From contig JAYUSJ010000004.1 of NCBI GenBank assembly GCA_043755735.1, positions 4,311 through 68,310 of the forward strand: DNA of 64,000 nt, in the 5' to 3' direction. Of the stretch, positions 31,542-41,392 are shown in pieces (position 1 is the stretch's first letter; each line of letters starts with the position of its first letter). Both the position numbers and the translations under genes were made by a program. Below the pieces are notes generated by a model that saw nothing but the letters and a program-made list of their open reading frames with translations, made no database searches and was not told the DNA's origin. This stretch comes from Verrucomicrobiaceae bacterium. GTDB lineage: Bacteria > Verrucomicrobiota > Verrucomicrobiia > Chthoniobacterales > Chthoniobacteraceae.

Positions 31542-33422
31542 ATGGGTCCATCCCTTGAAGTAAACCGCCCCCGTAATGTTGATTGGAAACGGGCAGCCGC
31601 GCTGCTCTACGGAGATTGGGGCACGTCGAAAGCCTACGTCATCGGCCTCGCTTTCGTCGCGGCCGGGTTTGCATCGCTACCCGTCATCATCGCCGTTTGC
31701 GTACTCACCGCCATCGTGGGCTACAACTACTCGATCGTCTGCCGGAATTTCCCGGATGGCGGCGGCGTTTACTCCGCGGCGCGGCAGTCGAGCCGGCTTC
31801 TCGCGGCGGTCGGTGCGTTGCTCTTGATTGCGAATTTTCTCGTCACTGCCGCACTGAGCGGATGGGCGGCGATGAGCTATTTTGGGGTGCCGGAGAAATG
31901 GATCCCAATCGCGACAATGTGCACGATCGTTTTCCTGGGAGCCGTGAATTGGTTTGGCCCGAAGCACAGCGGAACCATGTCCATCGCCATGGCGGTGCCG
32001 ACCGTGATCATCGTGGTGCTCTTGCTCGGCATCACCATTCCGTTCCTCACCACCGGTTCGCTCCGATGGCCGTCCGAAGCGCTCGCCGACCCGGCCTTCC
32101 TCGCGGCGCATCCGAAGGCGACCCACGGCCCGCTTGCGCAGACGTGGATCTGGTTCACCGGGGCCATCCTCGCACTCAGCGGCGTCGAGGCGGTCGCCAG
32201 TATGACGGGCGTCATGAAGCTCGATCCCGGTAGCGATCCCGAGAAGCCGCGCGTGGGGAAAACGGCGAGCAAGGCGCTGTTCATCGTCGCCGTCGAAGTC
32301 ATCGTGGCGACCATTATTCTCGGTTGGGCGATGCTTTCCCTCCGCGACACGCCGGAGAACGTTGCTCGTCTGGAAGAGCATAAAGACTACATGCTCCGTT
32401 TTCTCGGCGAGCACTACGGCTCGCTCCTGTGGGGACCGGTGGTGGGTAAAACGTTTGCATGGATTGTCGGTATCGTCTTTGGCGTGCTGCTTCTCAGCGC
32501 CGTAAACACAGCGATCAATGCCGTCGTCGGCGTCTTCTACATGCTTGCCCAGGACGGGGAAATGCCTCGCGGCCTGACGAAGCTGAACGCCCATGGCGTC
32601 CCGTATCTCCCGCTATTTCTGGGCGCGGGGCTGCCCGTCTTAATCCTCAGTTTTACGAGCAATCTCGAAGCGCTCGCGGAGCTCTATGAGATCAGCGTGG
32701 TGGGAGCCATCGCCGTCAACCTCGGCGCGTGCTTTACGAACCGGAAACTCGAGATGCACATCGTCGAGCGGGTGCTGATGGGCCTGACTTTCCTTGTCCT
32801 CATGGGCGCGGAACTGACCATAGCCTACACAAAGCCGACCGCCCTTTTCTTCGCAGTCATTGTCATCGGAGGCGGGCTCGGGCTTCGTGGCTACTCGCAC
32901 AAGCTTACGGGAATCAAGACCCTTACCGTCGCGAAGGAAGTCGCGGACATGGTTACCCCCGAAGCGATCGAGCGCCTGCGCCCCCAGCTCAAGGAAGGGC
33001 AAAAAATCATGGTCGCAGCACGCGGCCCGACACCGGTGCTCCGCTTCGCGCTCGATGAAGCCAAGCTCCGCAACGCCACACTTTGCGTTCTCTACGTGAA
33101 AGAAATCGCCGTCTTCCTCGGGGCCGCGCAGACCAGCGGCGTGCGCAAACAGCAGCGCTGGCAGGATGACCCGCAGGCTGCCGCAGTCATGTCCCTGGTG
33201 CTGAAGCTCGGCGAGGAAGTCGGGGTCCCCGTTCAGCCCGTGTATTGCGTGAGCATGGACCCGGCAGCCACGATCCTCGATCTCGCTGCCACGCTCGGCG
33301 CCGACTACCTCATGCTCGGCTCGCCACACCGAAATGCCATGGCGCGCTTGCTGAAAGGGAACGTTGTCGAGCGTGTCGCGTCGCATCTGCCGGAAAACAT
33401 CCAGCTCATCATCCACAGTTGA
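31542..33422 (+). CDS. APC-family amino acid/polyamine permease fused to a C-terminal universal stress protein (UspA) domain
   Basis: The protein has about 12 TM segments and starts LLYGDWGTSKAYVIGLAF. The C-terminal ~150 aa (KIMVAARGPTPVLRFALDEA..ADYLMLGSPHRN) is Usp-like. Confidence 0.8.
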   Translation: MGPSLEVNRPRNVDWKRAAALLYGDWGTSKAYVIGLAFVAAGFASLPVIIAVCVLTAIVGYNYSIVCRNFPDGGGVYSAARQSSRLLAAVGALLLIANFLVTAALSGWAAMSYFGVPEKWIPIATMCTIVFLGAVNWFGPKHSGTMSIAMAVPTVIIVVLLLGITIPFLTTGSLRWPSEALADPAFLAAHPKATHGPLAQTWIWFTGAILALSGVEAVASMTGVMKLDPGSDPEKPRVGKTASKALFIVAVEVIVATIILGWAMLSLRDTPENVARLEEHKDYMLRFLGEHYGSLLWGPVVGKTFAWIVGIVFGVLLLSAVNTAINAVVGVFYMLAQDGEMPRGLTKLNAHGVPYLPLFLGAGLPVLILSFTSNLEALAELYEISVVGAIAVNLGACFTNRKLEMHIVERVLMGLTFLVLMGAELTIAYTKPTALFFAVIVIGGGLGLRGYSHKLTGIKTLTVAKEVADMVTPEAIERLRPQLKEGQKIMVAARGPTPVLRFALDEAKLRNATLCVLYVKEIAVFLGAAQTSGVRKQQRWQDDPQAAAVMSLVLKLGEEVGVPVQPVYCVSMDPAATILDLAATLGADYLMLGSPHRNAMARLLKGNVVERVASHLPENIQLIIHS

Positions 33423-33471
33423 TCGTGTGAAGAGCATTGCATCCGGCGGGCGCTTCTGAAAACTGCGCGAA

Positions 33472-35070
33472 GTGCTCACCCGCATTGCCCAATTCACCTG
33501 TGTTGTTTTAGCCGCGCTGTTTTTCGGCTGCGGACGTGCGCCGGATCGTGCGGAGATTGTCGTGATCAACGGTGCGGAGCCCGCGTCCATCGATCCCGCG
33601 AAGATCTCCGGCCAGCCGGAAGGGCGCGTCGCAAACTGCATTTTCGAGGGGCTGACGCGCTACAACGAAAACGGCGAGACCGAGCCGGGCATGGCGGAGC
33701 GCTGGGAACTCTCGCCGGACGGCAGGACTTACACGTTTCACCTGCGCCAGGCGCTGTGGAGCAACGGCGACCCGTTGACTGCGAAGGACTTCGTCTGGTC
33801 GTGGCTGCGCGTGCTGAAGGAGCCGAGCGCGGAGTATCGCTACCAGATGTATTACCTGCGCGGTGGCGAGGATTTCGCAAAGGCGCTGGACGATCAAAAG
33901 ACGCCCGATGAAGCCACTGTCGGCCTGCGTGCCGTGGACGACAGAACATTCGTCGTCGAGCTCAACAACCCGACGCCTTACTTCATCGACCTCTGCGCGT
34001 TTTACACGTTCTTTCCCGTCCACCGCGGTTGCATCGAGGCTGCTGAAAAAGACGGCCAGTCATGGTTGCGCCCCGGCCGGATCGTAGGAAACGGGCCGTT
34101 TGTTCTAAAAGAGTGGCGGCTCAACGACCGCATCCGCGTAGAAAAGAATGCTCGTTATTGGGATGCCGCAAACGTGCGCGTGCAGACGCTCGACATCCTT
34201 CCTGTGAACAACCCGAACACGGCGTTCAACTTCTACCACAGCGGCGTTGCGGACCTCATCCTCGACAAATCGCTCGTCCCTACGTCGCTCATCGCCGAGC
34301 TGAAAAAGCGGCCCGATTTTCATTCGACGCCCATCCTCGGAACTTATTTCATGCGGTTCAATGTGACGAAAAAGCCGTTCACCGATGTGCGGGTCCGGCG
34401 GGCGTTCTCCATGCTCGTGGACAAGCCGTTGCTTACGGAAAAGATCACGCAAGCCGGCGAGGTTGCCACGAATGAATTCGTCCCCGCTGGAACCGCCGGA
34501 TATGTCTCTCCGAAAGGCTTGGCGCGGGACGTGGAAGGCGCGCGGAAGCTGCTCGCCGAAGCCGGATTCCCAGGCGGAAAAGGCTTCCCGCAAGTCCACT
34601 ATCTCTACACGAATCGTAGCGATGTGGACGACAAAATCGCTGTTGAAATCCAGTCGATGTTTAAAAAGGAACTCGGCATTTCCGTGGACCTGACGAAGCA
34701 GGAGTGGAGCGTTTACCAAGACTCGCTCAAGAAGCTCGACTACGATTTCGCGCGCTCCTCCTGGATTGGCGACTACAAGGATCCCAACACGTTTCTCGAC
34801 ATGTGGCTCGGCAGCAGCGGCAACAACGAGACGGGCTGGAACGACAAGCAATACGACGACCTGATCGCCGCTGCCGGACGCGAGCCGGACCGCGAGAAAC
34901 GGTTCGGCTTCTTTCGCGAGGCCGAGAGCAGGCTGCTCAACGAAGCGGTGGTCTGCCCGCTCTTCACCTACGTCGTCATCATGTTCTACGACGACAAGCG
35001 GCTCGGCGGCGTGCATGGAAACCTTACGGACGAACACCCGTTCCGCACTTTGCATTGGAAGAAGCCTTGA
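33472..35070 (+). CDS. ABC transporter substrate-binding lipoprotein, family 5 (OppA/DppA-like)
   Basis: The lipobox is VVLAALFFGCG. Family-5 patterns are LTRYNENGETEPGMAERWELSPDGRTYTFHLR and WSNGDPLTAKDF. No permease or ATPase genes are nearby. Confidence 0.85.
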   Translation: MLTRIAQFTCVVLAALFFGCGRAPDRAEIVVINGAEPASIDPAKISGQPEGRVANCIFEGLTRYNENGETEPGMAERWELSPDGRTYTFHLRQALWSNGDPLTAKDFVWSWLRVLKEPSAEYRYQMYYLRGGEDFAKALDDQKTPDEATVGLRAVDDRTFVVELNNPTPYFIDLCAFYTFFPVHRGCIEAAEKDGQSWLRPGRIVGNGPFVLKEWRLNDRIRVEKNARYWDAANVRVQTLDILPVNNPNTAFNFYHSGVADLILDKSLVPTSLIAELKKRPDFHSTPILGTYFMRFNVTKKPFTDVRVRRAFSMLVDKPLLTEKITQAGEVATNEFVPAGTAGYVSPKGLARDVEGARKLLAEAGFPGGKGFPQVHYLYTNRSDVDDKIAVEIQSMFKKELGISVDLTKQEWSVYQDSLKKLDYDFARSSWIGDYKDPNTFLDMWLGSSGNNETGWNDKQYDDLIAAAGREPDREKRFGFFREAESRLLNEAVVCPLFTYVVIMFYDDKRLGGVHGNLTDEHPFRTLHWKKP

Positions 35071-37136
35071 TGAACTTCTTCGTCTATCTCCTTTACCGCA
35101 CCCTCAGCTTCGTCATCGCCCTACTGCCGCTCGGTTTTGTCATTCGCGTCGGCCGTCTCATCGGGCTCTGCGGATATTTTATCGCCGGCAAATACCGCCG
35201 CATTGCGCTGCGCAATCTCGGCATCGCCTTCCCGGAAAAATCCCCCGGCGAACTCCGCTCCATGGGGCGCGCTCATTTCGCGACGCTCATCGGCAATCTA
35301 TTCGCGGCGGAAAAAATCGGACGCCTCTCTCGCGAGCAGATCGTAGCCATCGTGGATATCGAGGGCCGCGAGATCATCGATGGTCTGCTCGCAAAAAATC
35401 GTGGGATCGTCGCTCTCGTGAGCCACATCGGGAACTGGGAATTGCTCTCACAGATTTGGCCCGTGGTATTTCAGTGCCCGAGCGGGTCGGTGTATCAGCA
35501 ACTCGGCAACCGCTACATCGACGCACAAGTGCGCAAGACCCGCAGCCGGCTCGGACTCGCTCTCTTCGAGCGCAAGGAAGGCTTCACGCAGGCGATGGAA
35601 ATGCTGCGCAAAGGCGGCTGTGTCGGCGTGCTTTTCGATCAACACGCGGGCGATGCAGGCGTTTGGTGTCCGCTCTTCGGACGGCTCGCCAGCACGACAT
35701 CGCTACCCGCCATGCTCGCGCTGCGGACCAAGGCCGCGCTTGTCCCGCTCGCGATGCACACGAACGGAGTCGGCAAATGGCGGCTCGTAATCGAGCAACC
35801 CGTCGTGCCCGCCGAAAAGGAAGCAGGCGCGGTCACTGCGCAGCTCAACCTTGCTCTCGAAAAGCAAATCCGCGACGTGCCCGCGGACTGGTTCTGGGTC
35901 CACAATCGCTGGAAGACGCCCAAGCCGGAATTCCTCCTCGCAAACTACAAACGCGGCATCGTTTACCAGCGAACCGTGAGCACGGAAAACGTGCCCGAGG
36001 CCGCAGCGGGCGAACTCTTCGCCTACGCCGCGCGCAAAGTCGCGGAGCCACCGCCGCTCCAGCCGTTCCGGATTCTTATCCGCTCATCGAACTGGCTCGG
36101 CGATGCCGTGATGACGGTGCCAGCGCTCCGGGCAATCAAGCGTGGGCGGCCCGATGCACACGTCACGGTCCTCACACCCGCAAAACTCGCAGACGTCTAT
36201 CGGCTTGTTCCGGAGGTCGATGACATCATTCCATTCGACCCGCCTGCGGGCAAAGGATTGCTCAAAACGATACGCGGCATCTTCCACGTATTCACCGTCG
36301 CGGGGCTGATCAAAAAGCGCGCGCCGTTTGATGCGGCAGTCATTTTCCCAAACAGCATCCGAACCGCCGTGGAGGCATGGCTCGCCGGCATTCCGCGTCG
36401 CGTTGGTTTCCCCGGTCATTCGCCGCGCGCATCGTTGCTGAATCAGGTCCTCAAGGAGAAGAAACGAAAGCAAAAAGACGGCCCCGCACCGCCGCCGGTT
36501 CATCAAGTGAACCATTACCTGCGACTCGCCCATTTCATCGGCGGACGCGCGGAGATGGGATTGGCGCCGGAAGAGTTCGTGAGCGAACTCGCTCCGCAAA
36601 ACGTCAGCAGCGAAAAAGTCATCATTCCACGCGTGCGCATCGCCGTCTGCCCCGGCGCGGAATACGGCCCGGCGAAGCGCTGGCTGCCCGAACGTTTCGC
36701 TGAAGTAATGCGGACCGTGAATGAAGAATACGAAACTGAGTGGTACCTGGTCGGCACTGCCAAAGACCGTCCTGTCGCCGAGGAGATCGAGCAATTTGCG
36801 CAGATCTCCGGCGTGAACAACGTTTGCGGAACTACGACTCTGCAAGAGCTGATCGAGCTTCTGAAAACCTGCCACGTCCTTGTCACCAACGACACCGGCA
36901 CTATGCACCTCGCGACGCTCATCGGGCTGCGCACCGTATCGATCTTTGGCAGCACTGAGCCGCAGTTGACCGGTCCGCTGGGCCCCGGTCACATCGTCAT
37001 GCGGCAGCAGGTGGAATGCAGCCCGTGTTTCCTGCGGGATTGCCCGCTCGATTTCCGTTGCATGAAAGCGATCGAAGCAACTGATGTCGCCGCCGCGATT
37101 TGCTCCATCGTGGATGCGGGCGTCGAGGTGAAGTAG
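35070..37136 (+). CDS. Fusion protein: LpxL/HtrB-type lipid A late acyltransferase (N-terminal) + GT9 ADP-heptose:LPS heptosyltransferase WaaF-like (C-terminal)
   Basis: The ATG at 35070 overlaps the upstream TGA (TGATG). The N-terminal part has SHIGNWELL (HX4E acyltransferase motif) and WFWVHNRWK. The C-terminal part has ILIRSSNWLGDAVMTVPALRAIK, CPGAEYGPAKRWLPERF and LVTNDTGTMHLA. Confidence 0.8.
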   Translation: MNFFVYLLYRTLSFVIALLPLGFVIRVGRLIGLCGYFIAGKYRRIALRNLGIAFPEKSPGELRSMGRAHFATLIGNLFAAEKIGRLSREQIVAIVDIEGREIIDGLLAKNRGIVALVSHIGNWELLSQIWPVVFQCPSGSVYQQLGNRYIDAQVRKTRSRLGLALFERKEGFTQAMEMLRKGGCVGVLFDQHAGDAGVWCPLFGRLASTTSLPAMLALRTKAALVPLAMHTNGVGKWRLVIEQPVVPAEKEAGAVTAQLNLALEKQIRDVPADWFWVHNRWKTPKPEFLLANYKRGIVYQRTVSTENVPEAAAGELFAYAARKVAEPPPLQPFRILIRSSNWLGDAVMTVPALRAIKRGRPDAHVTVLTPAKLADVYRLVPEVDDIIPFDPPAGKGLLKTIRGIFHVFTVAGLIKKRAPFDAAVIFPNSIRTAVEAWLAGIPRRVGFPGHSPRASLLNQVLKEKKRKQKDGPAPPPVHQVNHYLRLAHFIGGRAEMGLAPEEFVSELAPQNVSSEKVIIPRVRIAVCPGAEYGPAKRWLPERFAEVMRTVNEEYETEWYLVGTAKDRPVAEEIEQFAQISGVNNVCGTTTLQELIELLKTCHVLVTNDTGTMHLATLIGLRTVSIFGSTEPQLTGPLGPGHIVMRQQVECSPCFLRDCPLDFRCMKAIEATDVAAAICSIVDAGVEVK

Positions 37137-37141
37137 GCCGC

Positions 37142-37711
37142 TTAGATGCTGTCGCGAGGGACGATGCGGACCCGGCGAAGCTCCACGCGATCCACCGGGT
37201 AATCGTTCGCATCCGCGGGAAGTTCCGCGACACGCTCCAGGACTTCCATTCCCTTGATGACGTTGCCAAAAACCGTGTGCTTTCCGTCGAACTCGGCTTG
37301 AGGCGCAAGCGTGATGAAAAACTGGCTGCCGTTGCTTTGGCGTTGCGGGTTGATTTTATCCGGGAGGCGTCCGGCTGCGACCGCGCCCTTTCCGTGCTTC
37401 CTGCGAATCTCCGCCGGGAGCGTGTAGCCGGGGCCGCCGGTGCCCACTTTTGTGCGGTCGGTTTTCTTGCTGAGCGGATCGCCCATTTGCACGAGACCGC
37501 CGGGAATAGCGCGATGGATGGCACATCCTTTGTAGAAGCCGTCGTGTGCCAGCTTCTTGAAATTCGCCACCGCTTGCGGCGCGTCTTTCTCATAAAACTC
37601 GATCGCCACGGTGCGCACGGTTTTCTCGCCCGCGAACCGGAACTCGAGCAGCGCGACATCGTCGGCGAGCGCGGAAATAGTGAGGCAGGCAAGAATCAGG
37701 AGCGACTTCAT
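37142..37711 (-). CDS. Secreted cyclophilin-type peptidyl-prolyl cis-trans isomerase
   Basis: The signal peptide is MKSLLILACLTISALA. Cyclophilin motifs are FYKGCAIHRAIPGGLVQMGDP, NGSQFFITL and HTVFGNVIKGMEVL. The start was set at the ATG at 37711. Confidence 0.9.
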   Translation of the reverse strand: MKSLLILACLTISALADDVALLEFRFAGEKTVRTVAIEFYEKDAPQAVANFKKLAHDGFYKGCAIHRAIPGGLVQMGDPLSKKTDRTKVGTGGPGYTLPAEIRRKHGKGAVAAGRLPDKINPQRQSNGSQFFITLAPQAEFDGKHTVFGNVIKGMEVLERVAELPADANDYPVDRVELRRVRIVPRDSI

Positions 37712-37789
37712 GGAATGGGTGTATGCGACGGCCCGATGGAGATCAACCTTGTCGGCACGGCCTCCGTCGCTACGGTCCCAGCCCATTTT

Positions 37790-40501
37790 ATGACACAAGG
37801 ATTGCCAGCGCGCGGACAACGATGGGTAAGTAACAGCGAGCCAGAGCTCGGGCTCGGCGTGATCGAGAAATGTGAGTTTGGCCGTGTGGAGGTCTATTTT
37901 CCGGCATCGGACGAGCGGCGACAGTATGCGACGGAGTCTGCCCCGTTGCGTCGCGTTCGCTATGCGGTCGGTGATACGATTGCTGTGCGCGACGGCGCGG
38001 ATGCCGTGGTGATCGCGGTCGAGGAAAAGTCGGGGCTTCTCGTGTATCGCACGGCTTCCGGCGAGGTGCCTGAGGCGCTGCTCTCCGCCGCCACGAGCTT
38101 TAGCAAGCCGGAGGACCGCCTCTACTGCGGGCAGGTGGACGACCTTCATGTCTTCGACCTTCGCGTGCGTGCGCTCCGGCGGCGGTGCGAGCTGCGGCAG
38201 TCTCCCGTGCGGGGTTTTGTGGGCGGTCGCGTGGATCTTCTGCCGCACCAAATGTCCATCGCCGCCGAGGTTGCCGCGCGTTTGGTGCCGCGCGTGTTGC
38301 TCGCCGATGAAGTGGGCCTCGGAAAGACCATCGAGGCAGGCTTGATCCTCCACCGTCTTCACCTCACAGGACGGGCGGCGCGGATTTTGATTCTCCTCCC
38401 GGAGGCCCTCGTGAACCAATGGTTCGTGGAGCTGCTGCGGCGGTTCAACCTCCTCTTTAGCATCTTCGATGAGGACCGTTGCGAATCGATTGTGGAGCAT
38501 GACGGAGAGGCGAATCCGTTTCTCGACAGCCAGCTCGTGCTTTGTGACGTGGCGTTCCTTTCAAAAAATCCAGTGCGCGCCCGGCAGGCTGTGGATGCAG
38601 GCTGGGACTTGCTCGTCGTGGACGAGGCGCATCATCTCGAGTGGTCGCCGACGCAGGCAGGTGATCAATATTTGCTCGTCGAGGAATTGGCGAAGCGCAC
38701 GCCCGGATTGCTGCTGCTCACTGCGACTCCGCAGCAACTCGGCCCCGAGGGACACTTCGCGCGGCTGCGGTTGCTCGATCCTGATCGGTACTCGGACCTC
38801 GCGAAGTTTCTGGAGGAAGCCGAGCACTACGAGCAGGTGGCTCGCGCGCTCGATCGACTCCTCGCCGGCGAGCCACTGAGTGCGGCGGATCGAAAGCTTT
38901 TCTCCTCGCAGTCGCCGCGCGTCGCAGCCCATCTCGATGGATCGAGCGAAGGACTCGTGAACGAACTGCTGGACGCATTCGGAACCGGTCGTGTGATGTT
39001 TCGTAATACGCGCGCTGCGCTGACCGGCATCCCGAAGAGGAAGGCGCATCTCGTGGAACTCGCGGGCGACGAAGACACGGATGCGAAGGTGAAATGGCTC
39101 GCTGCCTTTCTGAAAAAACATGCACGCGAAAAGGTGCTCCTCATTTGCAAAACACGCCCGCTCGTTGAAGAAATCGCGGAGCGTCTTCAGCGCGAAATCG
39201 CGGTCAATGCGGGTGTTTTCCACGAAGGGCTCACGCTGCTCCAGCGCGATCGAAACGCGGCATATTTCTCGGAAGAAGATGGCGCACGAGTGCTCCTTTG
39301 CTCCGAGATTGGAAGCGAGGGCCGGAACTTTCAGTTCGCGCATCACCTCGTGCTTTTCGATCTGCCGGAGAACCCGGAGTTGCTGGAGCAACGAATCGGC
39401 CGCCTCGACCGAATCGGACAAACCGCGACCATCCACATTCACGTCCCCTATTTGGCGGGATCCGATGGTGAGGCACTGGCGAAGTGGTATCACGAAGGGC
39501 TCGCCGCGTTTGAGCATCACCCGCACGGTGCCGGAGAAATATCCACCGCGCTGCGCAAGGATCTGGACGCTCTGGCCGATACGTTCTCGGCGAAAAAGCT
39601 CTCTGCTTTGGTGAAGAAAACCCGTGAACTCCATGCGAAAGTGACGCGCAAGCTGGAGCGCGGAAACGACCGTCTGCTGGAGCTGAATTCCTGCAAGCCC
39701 GCGATCGCGGCGCAAACAATTCGCCACATTCGCGCGGCGGATGCAGATGCTTCGTTCGAGGAATTCTGCGTGGATCTGTTCGACCACTTTGGCGTGCAGG
39801 TCGAGGACCACAGCGCGAAGGCCTTCTTGCTGAAGCCGGGGCATTTGCTCACCGATGCTTTCCCCGCGCTGCCGGAGGAAGGCATCACAATTACGTTTGA
39901 ACGAGCCCGTGCGCTGAGCCGGGAGGATCTCGTGCTGATGTCGGGCGATCATCCGATCATGACGGGCGCGCTCGATTTGCTACTCGGCTCAGACGGCGGG
40001 AACAGCGCATTCGGCGTGTGGAAGGGCAGCGGCACCGAGGCCATCCTGCTCGAGATACTCACGATCGCGGAATGCACGGCTCCGGCGGCGCTCCACATGG
40101 ATCGCTTTCTGCCGCCGTTCCCGATCCGCGTCGTCGTGGATCACACGCTGGCCGATCAATCTGCTGACCCCCGCCTTGTCGCTGCAAAGCTCGAAAAGGC
40201 CGACATTTTCCGCCTGCTCGACCGCGGTCCGATGAAACAGAAACTGCTTCCCGCAATGCTCTCCGCAGCGCAAGCCATCGCTGCGAAACAGCTCCCGGCT
40301 TTGATCCAACGCGCATCGAAGGAGATGGCGTCGCATCTTGACTCCGAGATCGAGCGGATGGAGACGCTCCGCTCGATTAACGATCACGTCCGCCCCGAGG
40401 AAGTCGAACTGCTTAGAAGCCAGAAGTCAGCGCTTCAAGCGGCGATTAGCACCACGCGGATGCGCTTGGATTCGCTCAGGCTGATCCTCCGCACTCCATA
40501 A
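37790..40501 (+). CDS. rapA: RNA polymerase-associated SNF2-family ATPase RapA (HepA)
   Basis: The RapA-type N-terminus is GQRWVSNSEPELGLGVI. Helicase motif I is LADEVGLGKTIEAG, motif II is LLVVDEAHHLEW, and the C-terminal helicase block is CSEIGSEGRNFQFAHHLVLFDLPENPELLEQRIGRLDRIGQ. The start was set at the ATG at 37790. Confidence 0.88.
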   Translation: MTQGLPARGQRWVSNSEPELGLGVIEKCEFGRVEVYFPASDERRQYATESAPLRRVRYAVGDTIAVRDGADAVVIAVEEKSGLLVYRTASGEVPEALLSAATSFSKPEDRLYCGQVDDLHVFDLRVRALRRRCELRQSPVRGFVGGRVDLLPHQMSIAAEVAARLVPRVLLADEVGLGKTIEAGLILHRLHLTGRAARILILLPEALVNQWFVELLRRFNLLFSIFDEDRCESIVEHDGEANPFLDSQLVLCDVAFLSKNPVRARQAVDAGWDLLVVDEAHHLEWSPTQAGDQYLLVEELAKRTPGLLLLTATPQQLGPEGHFARLRLLDPDRYSDLAKFLEEAEHYEQVARALDRLLAGEPLSAADRKLFSSQSPRVAAHLDGSSEGLVNELLDAFGTGRVMFRNTRAALTGIPKRKAHLVELAGDEDTDAKVKWLAAFLKKHAREKVLLICKTRPLVEEIAERLQREIAVNAGVFHEGLTLLQRDRNAAYFSEEDGARVLLCSEIGSEGRNFQFAHHLVLFDLPENPELLEQRIGRLDRIGQTATIHIHVPYLAGSDGEALAKWYHEGLAAFEHHPHGAGEISTALRKDLDALADTFSAKKLSALVKKTRELHAKVTRKLERGNDRLLELNSCKPAIAAQTIRHIRAADADASFEEFCVDLFDHFGVQVEDHSAKAFLLKPGHLLTDAFPALPEEGITITFERARALSREDLVLMSGDHPIMTGALDLLLGSDGGNSAFGVWKGSGTEAILLEILTIAECTAPAALHMDRFLPPFPIRVVVDHTLADQSADPRLVAAKLEKADIFRLLDRGPMKQKLLPAMLSAAQAIAAKQLPALIQRASKEMASHLDSEIERMETLRSINDHVRPEEVELLRSQKSALQAAISTTRMRLDSLRLILRTP

Positions 40502-40513
40502 TTCCTGCTCCCT

Positions 40514-40582
40514 GAAAAAGAGAACGGCCCGCTTCCCTTCGGCAACGGGCCGTTCTGACCAAACACCACCAAGTGTTGTGTC
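40514..40582 (-). repeat. Dispersed ~65-nt two-hairpin element, copy A (inverted relative to copies B and C)
   Basis: The reverse complement reads GGTGGTGTTTGGTcAGAACGGCCCGTTGC..AGCGGGCCGTTCTcTTTTTC. The stem is AGAACGGCCCG (40521-40531) / CGGGCCGTTCT (40546-40556). The U-tract is present only on the minus strand, although the nearest upstream gene (rapA) is on the plus strand. Confidence 0.6.
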
Positions 40583-40699
40583 CGGGTTACGGACACCCCA
40601 ACTACGTCCAACTTTCTGGTTTTCGCAAGCTGCATCGGAAGCGCTTGTGATTTCAGCCTTTCATGCGCGGTCCGTTTCGAATTACTCTGCATCCACGAA

Positions 40700-41392
40700 A
40701 TGAAATATCTGGTCGCCGATGATGATCCGCTTGTGTGCGAGACGGTGGAGTCTTTTCTCCAGCGGCTCGACGATACCGAGTTCTGCCTGAAGGTGGGCGA
40801 TGGACTCACGGCTTTGCAGGTGCTTTCGGCCGGAGGGATTGACGGGGTGTTTTTGGATTTGCAGATGCCGGAGTTGAACGGACCCGACGTTTTGCGGGCG
40901 CTGCCGCGCGACATTCCGATTGTCCTCATCAGCGCGAGTGCGGAATTCGCGGCGCAGAGTTACGAGTTTCAAGTCGCGGATTATTTGGTGAAGCCGCTGA
41001 CGTTCCCGCGGTTTGCGCAAGCGGTGACGCGGATTCGCGAGAAGGTGGCGGCCAAGGATGCTGCGCGCGGGACGGCGCCTTTGCGGGAGGTTTTTGTGAA
41101 GGACGGGACGAAGCTCGTGCGGGTGGTCATGGACGATTTGATGCTGCTGAAGGCGGACGCCAATTACGTGGAGTTTGTGAGCAAGGATTCGTCGATTTTG
41201 AGCCTCATGACGATCGGGCGATTGGAGACGCAGTTGCCGCCGGAGTTCATCCGCGCGCATCGCTCTTACATCGTGAACATCCGGCACATCACGAAAATCG
41301 AAGGCAACACGGTCTGGCTGGGCAAACACTCGGTGCCCGTCGGCGAATCGTATCGCGACGCGCTACTCGCCCGGCTGCCCGTTTTGCGCTGA
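40700..41392 (+). CDS. LytTR/AlgR-family response regulator
   Basis: The REC domain is MKYLVADDDPLV..VFLDLQMPELNG..YLVKP. The LytTR domain is LLKADANYVEFVSKD..FIRAHRSYIVNIRHI. Confidence 0.88.
   Translation: MKYLVADDDPLVCETVESFLQRLDDTEFCLKVGDGLTALQVLSAGGIDGVFLDLQMPELNGPDVLRALPRDIPIVLISASAEFAAQSYEFQVADYLVKPLTFPRFAQAVTRIREKVAAKDAARGTAPLREVFVKDGTKLVRVVMDDLMLLKADANYVEFVSKDSSILSLMTIGRLETQLPPEFIRAHRSYIVNIRHITKIEGNTVWLGKHSVPVGESYRDALLARLPVLR

Noticed and set aside
40521-40556. The hairpin after rapA, read as an ordinary rho-independent terminator of rapA.
   Set aside because: The U-tract is on the opposite strand. The flanks match the dispersed element found behind the two porin genes. It is therefore reported as an inverted repeat copy rather than as a rapA terminator.
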